The notes beneath the pieces are model-generated. The model had not been told where the DNA came from. It saw nothing but the letters and a program-made list of their open reading frames with translations, and did not search any database. Below are positions 8,595 through 16,153 of a stretch of 32,000 bases of DNA, one piece after another. Source of the stretch: Candidatus Nanogingivalaceae bacterium (GTDB taxonomy: Bacteria; Patescibacteriota; Saccharimonadia; Saccharimonadales; Saccharimonadaceae). The position numbers and the translations under genes are program-made. The number at the start of each line of letters is the position of its first letter. The stretch's first letter is position 1. Where the stretch lies: assembly GCA_015257795.3 (NCBI GenBank), contig CP072208.2, positions 570,001 through 602,000 of the forward strand, read 5' to 3'.

Positions 8595-8602
8595 CGATAA
8601 TT

Positions 8603-9130
8603 TTATTGTCTTCCAACTTTAACCATTGCGGCCCGCAAAACCTCACCTTTTAAAGTGTATCCTGCGCGCAATTCTGCTAGAATAATTTCTTCTTCACCCT
8701 CAGAGTCTTCATCAAATTGAATTGCTTCGTGAAGTTCAGGATTAAAAACAGTTCCTTCAGCGGAATTAATTTTTTCTACACCAATTTTAGAAAGGTTTTT
8801 ATCAAGATTTTTACTCATCTTAACAACATTTTGCGCCCAAGCATTTTGTGCTAATTCTTCTGGTAAGTGCGAAATTGCTCTTTCAATATCGTCAACCATT
8901 GGAATTAACGCCAAAATAGCTTTCTTTTCACCTAAATTTTGTGCATTCGAAACTCGACTTTCCACATTTTTACGATAATTCTCAAAATCTGCTCGCGTAC
9001 GCTGTAAATCGTTTTTTAGCTCCAAATTTTCTGCGTGAAGTTTTTCCGCTTTAGAATCTTTTTTAAAAAATCCACCTTTTTTCTCATCTTTCGAAACTTC
9101 TTGATTTGTATTTAAATTATTATCTTTCAT
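8603..9130 (-). CDS. grpE: nucleotide exchange factor GrpE
   Basis: Shows the GrpE pattern (DFENYRKN..., C-terminal GYTLKGEVLRAAMV). The start is placed at MKDNN (ATG 9130) behind an AGGAGG SD, which removes the overlap with the upstream gene that the track start at 9166 creates. Confidence 0.9.
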   Translation of the reverse strand: MKDNNLNTNQEVSKDEKKGGFFKKDSKAEKLHAENLELKNDLQRTRADFENYRKNVESRVSNAQNLGEKKAILALIPMVDDIERAISHLPEELAQNAWAQNVVKMSKNLDKNLSKIGVEKINSAEGTVFNPELHEAIQFDEDSEGEEEIILAELRAGYTLKGEVLRAAMVKVGRQ

Positions 9131-9140
9131 ACTTTCCTCC

Positions 9141-9764
9141 TTAAATTTTACTTGCATGTTTTGCAACTTTCTCTAAAAATATTTCTCGAACCTCCAGTGT
9201 ATTCGGCTCCCGGTTCATATCTCCCAAATTCATTACTTTTCTAGTTTTTATACCACAATGATTCAATACCGCATTTTTTAAAACTGCAATTCCATAGCTA
9301 TCTGGTACGCTAATGATTCCGCTAAAAATTTTATACCACCAACTTGGCCCTTGAGATGTTGTGATAATATCAGCAGTTTTACCCTTTAAAAGCTTTTTAA
9401 ATTGCTGACCAGTGATAAAGTTTAATATAAAAATACCTTTATGATTAGATGAATATGCGACTCCAGGCGTAAAAACACGATCAATCCAACCCTTCATCAA
9501 ACTTGGCATTGAGCTCCACCAGATCGGATAAATGAAGATTAGGTGATCCGCCCATTGAATTAATTCTTGCGAACGTGTGATTTCAGCGTCCTCTTCCATT
9601 CGCTCTCGATAGCCAAAACGCAAAACTGGGTCAAATTTCATATCCGCAAGATTTAGAGTTTCAATTTCATGCTTTTCATTATCAAGATTATCTATAACTT
9701 TATTAAAAATAGCTGTGCTAAAACTCTTTTTATCTGGATGACCGTTTATCACTAGAATATTCAT
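9141..9764 (-). CDS. flavodoxin-like fold NAD(P)H dehydrogenase (quinone), Flavodoxin_2 / KefG-YrkL-like
   Basis: The N-terminus MNILVINGHPDKKSF and the later IFIYPIWWSSMPSLMKGWIDRVF segment are characteristic of the NQO/KefG-type FMN reductase family. Confidence 0.75.
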   Translation of the reverse strand: MNILVINGHPDKKSFSTAIFNKVIDNLDNEKHEIETLNLADMKFDPVLRFGYRERMEEDAEITRSQELIQWADHLIFIYPIWWSSMPSLMKGWIDRVFTPGVAYSSNHKGIFILNFITGQQFKKLLKGKTADIITTSQGPSWWYKIFSGIISVPDSYGIAVLKNAVLNHCGIKTRKVMNLGDMNREPNTLEVREIFLEKVAKHASKI

Positions 9765-9778
9765 TATCTCTCCTTAAA

Positions 9779-10522
9779 CTATAATATCTCTTCTAAAAAT
9801 TCACCGGTTTTTTGAACTAATCGCACTACTTTTCCGTAATTCTGACGAGTTGGCCCAAGCACTCCAATGTAAGAATTTTCCGAAAATGGACTTTCGAATT
9901 TCGAAATAATCAAACTTGCACCCGAACTTTTACCGATTGGATTTTCGCTACCAATATAAACATTCAACGGTTCATTTGGCGCAACTTCACGCAGCCAAGG
10001 TTCAAGGTTGTCTAATAGCTGAGCAACAGATTGAACCGCCTCACCGCTTTCGAATTCTGGCTGTGAAAAAAGATTATAAATTCCGTTCATATAAAGTTGG
10101 TCGCCAATCGTTGCAAGACCAAGATTACCAGTAATCTCGACTAAAGAATCCACCGCCGAACGAATTGCATGATCAGCACGATCATTCTGAGCTGAAACCC
10201 GCGAAGAAATTGCACGAAAACCTCTTAGATTATCTTTTGAATTGCTTGCATTGAGTAAAATTTGCTCGTCTCCACCTTGGTTTTCTTCCGTTAATCGATT
10301 AACATAGAATCGATACCCTTTATCCGTCGGAATTCTGCCAGCGGAAGTATGTGGCTGAGTAATTAAACCGAGCTCCTCCAACTTAGCCATCTCTGAACGG
10401 ATCGTTGCACTAGAAACTTCGAAAAGTTTAGCTAAAGTGACTGAGCCAACCGGGCTGGCAACCTCGGCATATTGCTCAATAATTGCAACTAAAATTTGCG
10501 TTTGTCGCGGCGTAATATTCAT
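9779..10522 (-). CDS. hrcA: heat-inducible transcription repressor HrcA (short form, 247 aa)
   Basis: N-terminal winged helix typical of HrcA (RQTQILVAIIEQYAEVASPVGSVTLAKL...SSATIRSEMAKLEELGLITQPHTSAGRIPTDKGYRFYV). A CIRCE element lies immediately upstream. Confidence 0.88.
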   Translation of the reverse strand: MNITPRQTQILVAIIEQYAEVASPVGSVTLAKLFEVSSATIRSEMAKLEELGLITQPHTSAGRIPTDKGYRFYVNRLTEENQGGDEQILLNASNSKDNLRGFRAISSRVSAQNDRADHAIRSAVDSLVEITGNLGLATIGDQLYMNGIYNLFSQPEFESGEAVQSVAQLLDNLEPWLREVAPNEPLNVYIGSENPIGKSSGASLIISKFESPFSENSYIGVLGPTRQNYGKVVRLVQKTGEFLEEIL

Positions 10523-10541
10523 ATTTTTAGTTTAGCACAAA

Positions 10542-10568
10542 TTAGCACTTAGGTCAATAGAGTGCTAA
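10542..10568. promoter_or_regulatory. CIRCE operator overlapping the hrcA promoter
   Basis: TTAGCACTT-N9-GAGTGCTAA. On the minus strand the spacer contains TTGACC (10557-10552), followed by 17 nt, TAAACT (10534-10529), 6 nt and the hrcA ATG. Confidence 0.88.
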
Positions 10569-10592
10569 TTCTGTATTTTCAGAACATTATAC

Positions 10593-10621
10593 TTGACTTT
10601 TCCACTTCTGCATGTTATAAT
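10593..10621 (+). promoter_or_regulatory. sigma-70-type promoter, divergent from hrcA
   Basis: TTGACT (10593-10598), a 17-nt spacer, TATAAT (10616-10621). Confidence 0.6.
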
Positions 10622-10670
10622 TATATTGTTTTGATTTATGTCAAAAAGTTTTTTCAAGGAGGACAAGAAT

Positions 10671-11009
10671 ATGCCGAAAATTACATCAACTTCATCTGTT
10701 AGCTCTAAAAGGATTGCACACGCAATCAATGAAAAGTTCCGCGAACAAACGCTAAGTTCCAACAAGGATGAGCTAACTGGATTTGGTAGGTTCTGCCGCG
10801 AATTCTATAATCTTAACCCAGATTTGGATTTTAAGTTTAGGCTCGTTGATGATAATGGAAATACGCTATATGCCATATGGCTCACAAGTGAAGCTTGGCA
10901 ATCTATGAAGATTCCTGAAGGCTATTTCTTCGGTAAGCCGTGTGGATTTTCTGATGGTGTATTTAAAACTGCGGTTTTTGTCGACCGTCGCAGAAAAACT
11001 TATTTCTAA
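10671..11009 (+). CDS. hypothetical small protein (112 aa), apparent paralogue of 11315-11605
   Basis: An AGGAGG SD lies upstream of the ATG at 10671, so this start is preferred to the track start at 10638. A strong terminator follows. No family recognised. Confidence 0.65.
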   Translation: MPKITSTSSVSSKRIAHAINEKFREQTLSSNKDELTGFGRFCREFYNLNPDLDFKFRLVDDNGNTLYAIWLTSEAWQSMKIPEGYFFGKPCGFSDGVFKTAVFVDRRRKTYF

Positions 11010-11019
11010 GTCCCCGTGC

Positions 11020-11050
11020 AATCCCGTAAAATACGGGATTTTTTATTTTT
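11020..11050 (+). terminator. intrinsic terminator
   Basis: Stem ATCCCGTA / TACGGGAT with a 3-nt loop, followed by TTTTTTATTTTT. Confidence 0.75.
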
Positions 11051-11096
11051 CCTTATTTTTTATACCCATATAGAATAATCTCGAAAAGCGCTTTAT

Positions 11097-11125
11097 TTGA
11101 CTTTTTGTTGTATTTATGCTATAAT
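11097..11125 (+). promoter_or_regulatory. sigma-70-type promoter
   Basis: TTGACT (11097-11102), a 17-nt spacer, TATAAT (11120-11125). Confidence 0.6.
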
Positions 11126-11132
11126 TAAAAAG

Positions 11133-11314
11133 TCTTAGTAATTACTAAGAAGTAAGTTTTAAAGAAGAGTTATCTGGAATATCATCTATTCATTTTTCTA
11201 GATTTTCATTTCCGCAGATGGGTTTTCAATGTCTGAAAGCTCGCCCGCGGAAATGAAAACCGCCAAAATAATGAAAGGCTTTCACTAACAAGAGTGGAAG
11301 AAGAGTGAGAAAAA
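11133..11314 (+). other. long structured 5' leader (about 180 nt) of the 96-aa mini-gene
   Basis: Contains the palindrome CTTAGTAATTACTAAG, a 13-bp stem TTTTCATTTCCGC ... GCGGAAATGAAAA enclosing about 31 nt, and a further small stem (CACT...AGTG) next to a weak SD. Confidence 0.4.
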
Positions 11315-11605
11315 ATGGCTAAACTCAGTAGAGAAGAAATGATTCGACTAAATCCTGGAATAAAAATGGTTTTTGGAAGAACCCATGATTGTAGGGGTTA
11401 TTTAGTACTATTCAGTGCTTTAGATTTTCGTAATTTAATCCTACCAAAAGGGTGGAAGATTGATGCCGAAAATGGTTTAACAGATAAATATTTTACTAAT
11501 GGCTCATACGGTTCATATCCAGTATTTATAAAAAATGTATTGGTCGCAGGACCAAAGATAAATATTGACGAAAAAACGGATAAGGCTGTTATTTACAGAC
11601 CATAG
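11315..11605 (+). CDS. hypothetical small protein (96 aa)
   Basis: ORF between a consensus promoter plus leader and a strong terminator. By-eye similarity to the 10671-11009 product (RLNPGIKMVF vs NLNPDLDFKF; YLVLFSALDFRNLILPKGW vs YAIWLTSEAWQSMKIPEGY). Confidence 0.6.
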   Translation: MAKLSREEMIRLNPGIKMVFGRTHDCRGYLVLFSALDFRNLILPKGWKIDAENGLTDKYFTNGSYGSYPVFIKNVLVAGPKINIDEKTDKAVIYRP

Positions 11606-11612
11606 CTCTTCT

Positions 11613-11640
11613 AAACCCGCAAAAAATGCGGGTTTTTTCT
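11613..11640. terminator. intrinsic terminator between convergent genes
   Basis: Stem AACCCGC / GCGGGTT with an A-rich loop, followed by TTTTTT on the plus strand. Confidence 0.7.
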
Positions 11641-11646
11641 TTTATT

Positions 11647-12375
11647 TTATTTTTGCAGTTCTAAAAATTTACTCTTAATATCTTCCAAAAGCTTTCTTGC
11701 TCGCACACGCACCTCGATGTCTTTATAATTAAACTCAACATCTTGGTGCATAATTTGGTTAATAATTCGCGCCGTATTTCGAAAATCATCATTCAAAATA
11801 AAGTGAAAATATGGCACTTCGAGCGCCTGTTCTAGTGAAGAAATCGCTTCTGGCAAACGTTTTTCGAAATCTTTTTCGAATTCTTCTGCGCTTGAATACC
11901 GGTTCGCGAAACGCGCTCGCCAAGTTTCAAAATCTGGTGGCAAAATGAAAACTGCAACTACATGCTCGCTCATTTTTTTATATTCTGCAATTCCTTGAAT
12001 ATCAATATCCGTTACAGAAATCTGCCCGTTTTGATTTGCTTTTTCAATTTCTGCAACACTTGTGCCATAAATCTTGCCGTGAACAAATTTCGCCTCAATA
12101 AACTCACGCTTTTTAAGCATTTCTTCGGCCTTCTCTTTCGAAATAAAGTTATAATCAACACCATCTTGCTCAAGATTACCATTATTTTCACGAGGAGCAC
12201 GCGTTGTGTGGCTCACAATATCGCGATATTCTGGGTTTTTCAAAAGATATTTTTTAGTCGTGTCTTTTCCTGCACCAGAAATTCCCGCAAGCAATAAAAC
12301 TCGAGAACTCTCAACTAGCGAAATTGCTTCGGGCGGTGTTTGATAATTTTTTACAAGAAATTCAAGGTTATTCAT
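11647..12375 (-). CDS. gmk: guanylate kinase family protein (with N- and C-terminal extensions)
   Basis: P-loop GISGAGKDT, followed by SHTTRAPRENNG...DGVDYNF and YGTS...DIDIQG, which match conserved Gmk motifs. Confidence 0.75.
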   Translation of the reverse strand: MNNLEFLVKNYQTPPEAISLVESSRVLLLAGISGAGKDTTKKYLLKNPEYRDIVSHTTRAPRENNGNLEQDGVDYNFISKEKAEEMLKKREFIEAKFVHGKIYGTSVAEIEKANQNGQISVTDIDIQGIAEYKKMSEHVVAVFILPPDFETWRARFANRYSSAEEFEKDFEKRLPEAISSLEQALEVPYFHFILNDDFRNTARIINQIMHQDVEFNYKDIEVRVRARKLLEDIKSKFLELQK

Positions 12376-12387
12376 CTTAAAATTTTA

Positions 12388-12966
12388 CTATTTTTTTTGG
12401 ATTTCGTCAAAAATTTCTTGCTCAGAAATTTCATTTAATTTTCGATCTTTAACAATTTTTGAAATAATTTCGGCCGCAAAAATTCCAAGAAGATCCTGCT
12501 CAATTTTATTTTCACCATTCATATATTTATCAAAATCATAGTTTTTGGCATTTTTAGAAAATTCTAAAAAATCTTTTTTAATCTCTGGCGAAAGTTTGAT
12601 ATTTTTTGAAATTCCAGCCAAATAAAATCCTCCGCCAACCGCCAAAATATCCATTAAAAATTCGTTTTTAAAATTTAATTTTCGCAAATTCTCACTTGTG
12701 ACAGCTCGAATTATCGCGTTTCGAATATCAATATTGCGAATATCTCTAAAAATCTCACAAATTTCAAAAGCAGCATGATTTTGGCGACGATAAAAATCAA
12801 CTCCATCGTCAGAATAAGTCCAAATTTTTCGGCAGAAAACCAAATCATAACCTTTATTATCACCAAATTGTGGTCGTAAAATTCGCATCGCCTGCCTATA
12901 ACTTGAGCGCAATTTCTTGCGGAAAACTTTATTGTTTTTAAAATTTCCCAAAATTATTTTTCGCAT
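12388..12966 (-). CDS. hypothetical protein (192 aa)
   Basis: ORF overlapping the upstream HExxH gene by 13 nt, which suggests translational coupling. No family recognised. Confidence 0.55.
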   Translation of the reverse strand: MRKIILGNFKNNKVFRKKLRSSYRQAMRILRPQFGDNKGYDLVFCRKIWTYSDDGVDFYRRQNHAAFEICEIFRDIRNIDIRNAIIRAVTSENLRKLNFKNEFLMDILAVGGGFYLAGISKNIKLSPEIKKDFLEFSKNAKNYDFDKYMNGENKIEQDLLGIFAAEIISKIVKDRKLNEISEQEIFDEIQKK

Positions 12967-13637
12967 TTTAGAATCTCCTTTTTGGCAAATTTAATAAATT
13001 CCATTGTTGGAATTCGCACGGCTTCAATCGGTTTAATTTTATGAGATTTACAATATTCACCAACCAAAAAATCACCAATTTTATAGCCCAAATTGTGTGG
13101 AAAATCAGGATTTTCACCATTAAAGTTATACAGCCATGCATTATAATCGTAGTCTTTTTTATTTTCACAAATATCAATCGCTTCAGTAAGCCGCTTTAAG
13201 ATCATTGCTTTTTCATTTTTATTAAAATATAAAGATCTATCCTTCCATTGTATATTAATTTCTTTTCTAATCTGCTTCTCAAAACCCAAAGCCAAACCCT
13301 CTGGAATTATATTAGCCATTAGCCAAAGATCTCGCTCATAAAATCCTCGATAGACATGATTTAATTCATGAAAAATTAGCCATACAAAATCTGCTTCCGT
13401 AAAGTTATCATCGTAAATTTGAATTTCTGCACAGTTATCGACAAGATAACCAACACCCATCAATAGCTCATTCTCTTTACCTATAATGGACGGCTTTTTC
13501 TCATGGGCAAAATAAATATCAACATTATTCATTTCCGGAAAATATCTTTTAAAAAATGGTTTATATTTCTCGAAATATCGTTTAATTTTTGCACGTATTT
13601 CAAGGTTTATATCTGAATTAAAAATTAAATTAAACAT
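12954..13637 (-). CDS. putative Zn-dependent protease, DUF2268-like (HExxH)
   Basis: Contains the metalloprotease-type motif IFHELNHVYRG. The size and the later GYKIGDFLV segment are reminiscent of the DUF2268 predicted peptidases. Confidence 0.55.
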   Translation of the reverse strand: MFNLIFNSDINLEIRAKIKRYFEKYKPFFKRYFPEMNNVDIYFAHEKKPSIIGKENELLMGVGYLVDNCAEIQIYDDNFTEADFVWLIFHELNHVYRGFYERDLWLMANIIPEGLALGFEKQIRKEINIQWKDRSLYFNKNEKAMILKRLTEAIDICENKKDYDYNAWLYNFNGENPDFPHNLGYKIGDFLVGEYCKSHKIKPIEAVRIPTMEFIKFAKKEILKCEK

Positions 13638-13667
13638 GTTTTCCCTTATAATAAAATCGAGACTCTT

Positions 13668-13695
13668 AAAATTAAAAGCCCCTTTCGGAGCCTTT
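13668..13695 (-). terminator. intrinsic terminator downstream of yebC
   Basis: Minus-strand hairpin GCTCC-GAAA-GGGGC followed by TTTTAATTTT. It includes a G.U pair on the minus strand that would be a C.A mismatch on the plus strand. Confidence 0.5.
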
Positions 13696-13699
13696 AAAA

Positions 13700-14407
13700 T
13701 TAAAATTTAGCATTCGTATGAACATTCACCACGTCATCGACATCATCAAGCGCATCCATTAGTTTTTCAACTTTCGCACGAGTTTCATCGTCGGTGATTT
13801 CAACTTCCATATTTGGTACATATTGAAGCTCAGCTTCTTTCACAGTTAGACCTTTTTCAATTAGTTCTTTTCGAACTTTCATTAGATCTTTCTGATCTGT
13901 ATAAACTACAATTTCACCATCTTCTTCAACTGCATCTTCTGCGCCAGCATCAAGAATTTCAAGTAGAGCGTCTTCGCCCGTTGCTTCAACTAAAATAACA
14001 CCTTTTCGAGAGAATTGAAACATCACACTTCCGGCATCGGCGATTCGACCACCGTTTTTCACCAAAGCTGTTTTTACTTCAGGCAAAGTTCGATTGCGAT
14101 TGTCTGTTGCAGTTTCAATAACCAACCCAATGCCGTTTGGGCCATAGCCTTCATAGGTGATTTCCTCAAGTGCTGCTGCATTTTTATCGGCAGCTCGCGC
14201 AATCGCACGTTCAATATTTGCGTTAGGCATATTTACTGCGCGTGCTTTTTCAATTGCGAGTGCTAAGCTTGGGTTCATATCTGGATCAGCACCACTGCGC
14301 GCTGCAATTGCTATTTGGTTTCCGATTCGTGTAAAGATCGCGCCTCGTTTTGCGTCATTCACACCTTTTTGTCGTTTAATTTTTGACCACTTATTATGAC
14401 CAGCCAT
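13700..14407 (-). CDS. yebC: YebC/PmpR family DNA-binding transcriptional regulator
   Basis: Begins MAGHNKWSKIKRQKG..., the hallmark N-terminus of the family. 235 aa, with an AAGGAG SD. Confidence 0.92.
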   Translation of the reverse strand: MAGHNKWSKIKRQKGVNDAKRGAIFTRIGNQIAIAARSGADPDMNPSLALAIEKARAVNMPNANIERAIARAADKNAAALEEITYEGYGPNGIGLVIETATDNRNRTLPEVKTALVKNGGRIADAGSVMFQFSRKGVILVEATGEDALLEILDAGAEDAVEEDGEIVVYTDQKDLMKVRKELIEKGLTVKEAELQYVPNMEVEITDDETRAKVEKLMDALDDVDDVVNVHTNAKF

Positions 14408-14498
14408 AATTCTCCTTAATTTTTATCTATAAATCTTTACCTATTTTAACACTTTTTGGCTAAAATTTCAAATTTTGAAAGCAAAAATATAGCTGCTT

Positions 14499-15878
14499 TT
14501 ATCTAACTCGGTGTGCCGCTACACGAATAATTTCACTCCAGCTCAAAAATGGTTGCGGAATTTCAGCTAACTCTCGAGCTGTCATTTCATTTCGAATTGC
14601 TAGGGAAATTTGCGCAATAATATTCGATGCATCTGGTGCGACAACACTTCCACCGATGATTTTTCCTTTTTTATCACAAATAAGCTTCACGAATCCATTG
14701 CTAAAGTTTTCAATATTACTCTTTGCGATTAGGTTCAATGGCGCAATCGCAGTTTTATATTTTAAGTCTCGCTTCAAACAATCATCTTCACTTAAACCAA
14801 CACTTGCGATTTCTGGCCAGGTTGAAATCGTTCGAGGCGCAAGTGGAAAATTAACCGCCATTTTTGATCGAGGATGTAAAATATTATGCGCAACTGTTCG
14901 ACTTGAAAGCAGAATCTCAGATGTTTGCATTTGCGGATTAACAACTCCTCCAACGGCAAAAATATGTTTCATTGAAGTTTGCGCAAATTCGTTTACTAAA
15001 ATGCCGTCCTTAGAATATTCAACATGAGCATTTTCGAGACCAATATCTGTATTCGGAGTCCTCTCACCAACAACCAAAATCTCATCAACACGAACAAATT
15101 TTTCCGCTCCACCACGTTGAAAAATCACCCGTTTCATTAGCCCATCTTTTTGAACCGCTAAAACACGTGTTTGTGGCAAAACATAAACATGATGTTCTTC
15201 TACTAAAATATTTTCTAAGGTAATTCCTACTTCCTCATCTTCTTTAGGTAAAATTCTAGCTGAAACTTCGCTAATATAAACCTTCGTGCCGAAAATAGCT
15301 AAAAATTGCGCAATCTCAACAGCCTCCGACCCTCCGCCAATAATGAATATACTCCTTGGTGGACGTGAAATTTCGAAAATTGTTTTAGGAGTATAATACC
15401 TTACATTCTCAATATTTTTAACATCTGGGATTGAAACTTTCGAACCAGTCGCAATCAAGAAATTCTTTGCAGAATAATGCTTTTGGTTAATTGAAATTTC
15501 ATTTGGTGTTAAAAATCTTGCCTCACCACGAAAAGTTGTAATTCCTAGGCTTTCAAAGAACTTTTGGTTATCATGAGCACCAGTTCGTTCAACTGCGAGT
15601 TTTCTCCAATTAGAAATCATCGGAAAGTTGTAGGTCAAATTTGCCGAGCGAAGACCCATTTTTTCTATTCGCTTAGCTTCGAAAAAAGTTTTCTCTACTT
15701 TCGAAATTGCCGCCAAGGGAATATCGCTATAATTTGGTGATTCACCACCAAAAAGGTCATTCTCAACAACCGCAACATTTAAACCAGCCTTTGATGCAAT
15801 ATTAGCGGCAGCAGAACCGCCAGCACCACTTCCAAGCACAATCAAATCAAAATCAAATTTTCTTTTTACCATTTTCAT
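14499..15878 (-). CDS. class I pyridine nucleotide-disulfide oxidoreductase homologue lacking the redox-active cysteines
   Basis: The FAD motif (VLGSGAGGSAAA) and NAD motif (IIGGGSEAVE) are present. The expected GGTCxNxGCIP is GGESPNYSDIP, with both Cys lost. The GD motif is VGG. The C-terminal HPxxxE is QPFLSWSE. Confidence 0.8.
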   Translation of the reverse strand: MKMVKRKFDFDLIVLGSGAGGSAAANIASKAGLNVAVVENDLFGGESPNYSDIPLAAISKVEKTFFEAKRIEKMGLRSANLTYNFPMISNWRKLAVERTGAHDNQKFFESLGITTFRGEARFLTPNEISINQKHYSAKNFLIATGSKVSIPDVKNIENVRYYTPKTIFEISRPPRSIFIIGGGSEAVEIAQFLAIFGTKVYISEVSARILPKEDEEVGITLENILVEEHHVYVLPQTRVLAVQKDGLMKRVIFQRGGAEKFVRVDEILVVGERTPNTDIGLENAHVEYSKDGILVNEFAQTSMKHIFAVGGVVNPQMQTSEILLSSRTVAHNILHPRSKMAVNFPLAPRTISTWPEIASVGLSEDDCLKRDLKYKTAIAPLNLIAKSNIENFSNGFVKLICDKKGKIIGGSVVAPDASNIIAQISLAIRNEMTARELAEIPQPFLSWSEIIRVAAHRVR

Positions 15879-15883
15879 ACTCC

Positions 15884-16153
15884 TTAAATTATGCTTTTGA
15901 AATTTTTATATACATATGCAGCCTCTGGGTGAATCTTTTGTAATATTCCACTGGCTTGCCTTCGAATATCATCACTAGTTATCTCTGGCTTATTTTTTTG
16001 CCAATCGGCAAACTCAAGAAGAGTTTTTTTAACAAATTCATTGCTTTGACCTTCTGGAGATTTTACTATCAAAAAAGTTTCGCTTAAACTTCTCTGTAGT
16101 TTTTTATAATCAAATTTTTCAATTTTTCCGTTTGACTTAACTACAACCCTCAC
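15884..16153 (-). CDS. stand-alone ATP-cone domain protein (89 aa)
   Basis: MRVVVKSNGKIEKFDYKKLQRSL... matches the ATP-cone signature (V.KR.G..E.F...K). It overlaps the upstream gene by 4 nt and ends 5 nt before the downstream gene. Confidence 0.65.
   Translation of the reverse strand: MRVVVKSNGKIEKFDYKKLQRSLSETFLIVKSPEGQSNEFVKKTLLEFADWQKNKPEITSDDIRRQASGILQKIHPEAAYVYKNFKSII

Noticed and set aside
8359-8602. TPP (THI-box) riboswitch upstream of the TPP-dependent phosphoketolase
   Set aside because: I looked for the conserved CUGAGA and ACCUGAUCUGGAUAAUGCCAGCG-type elements on the minus strand and did not find them. The T-box, SRP and 6S signatures were also not recognisable by eye. The region is kept only as an unclassified candidate RNA.
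10565-10765. 66-aa minus-strand ORF across the hrcA / mini-gene divergent promoter region
   Set aside because: It overlaps the CIRCE element, two promoters and the 5' end of the better-supported plus-strand gene. It has no SD or leaderless-type signal.
11218-11256. 12-codon leader peptide (MGFQCLKARPRK) inside the structured leader of the 96-aa gene
   Set aside because: No SD or leaderless-type promoter precedes it, it is buried in the 13-bp stem-loop, and it has no run of regulatory codons.
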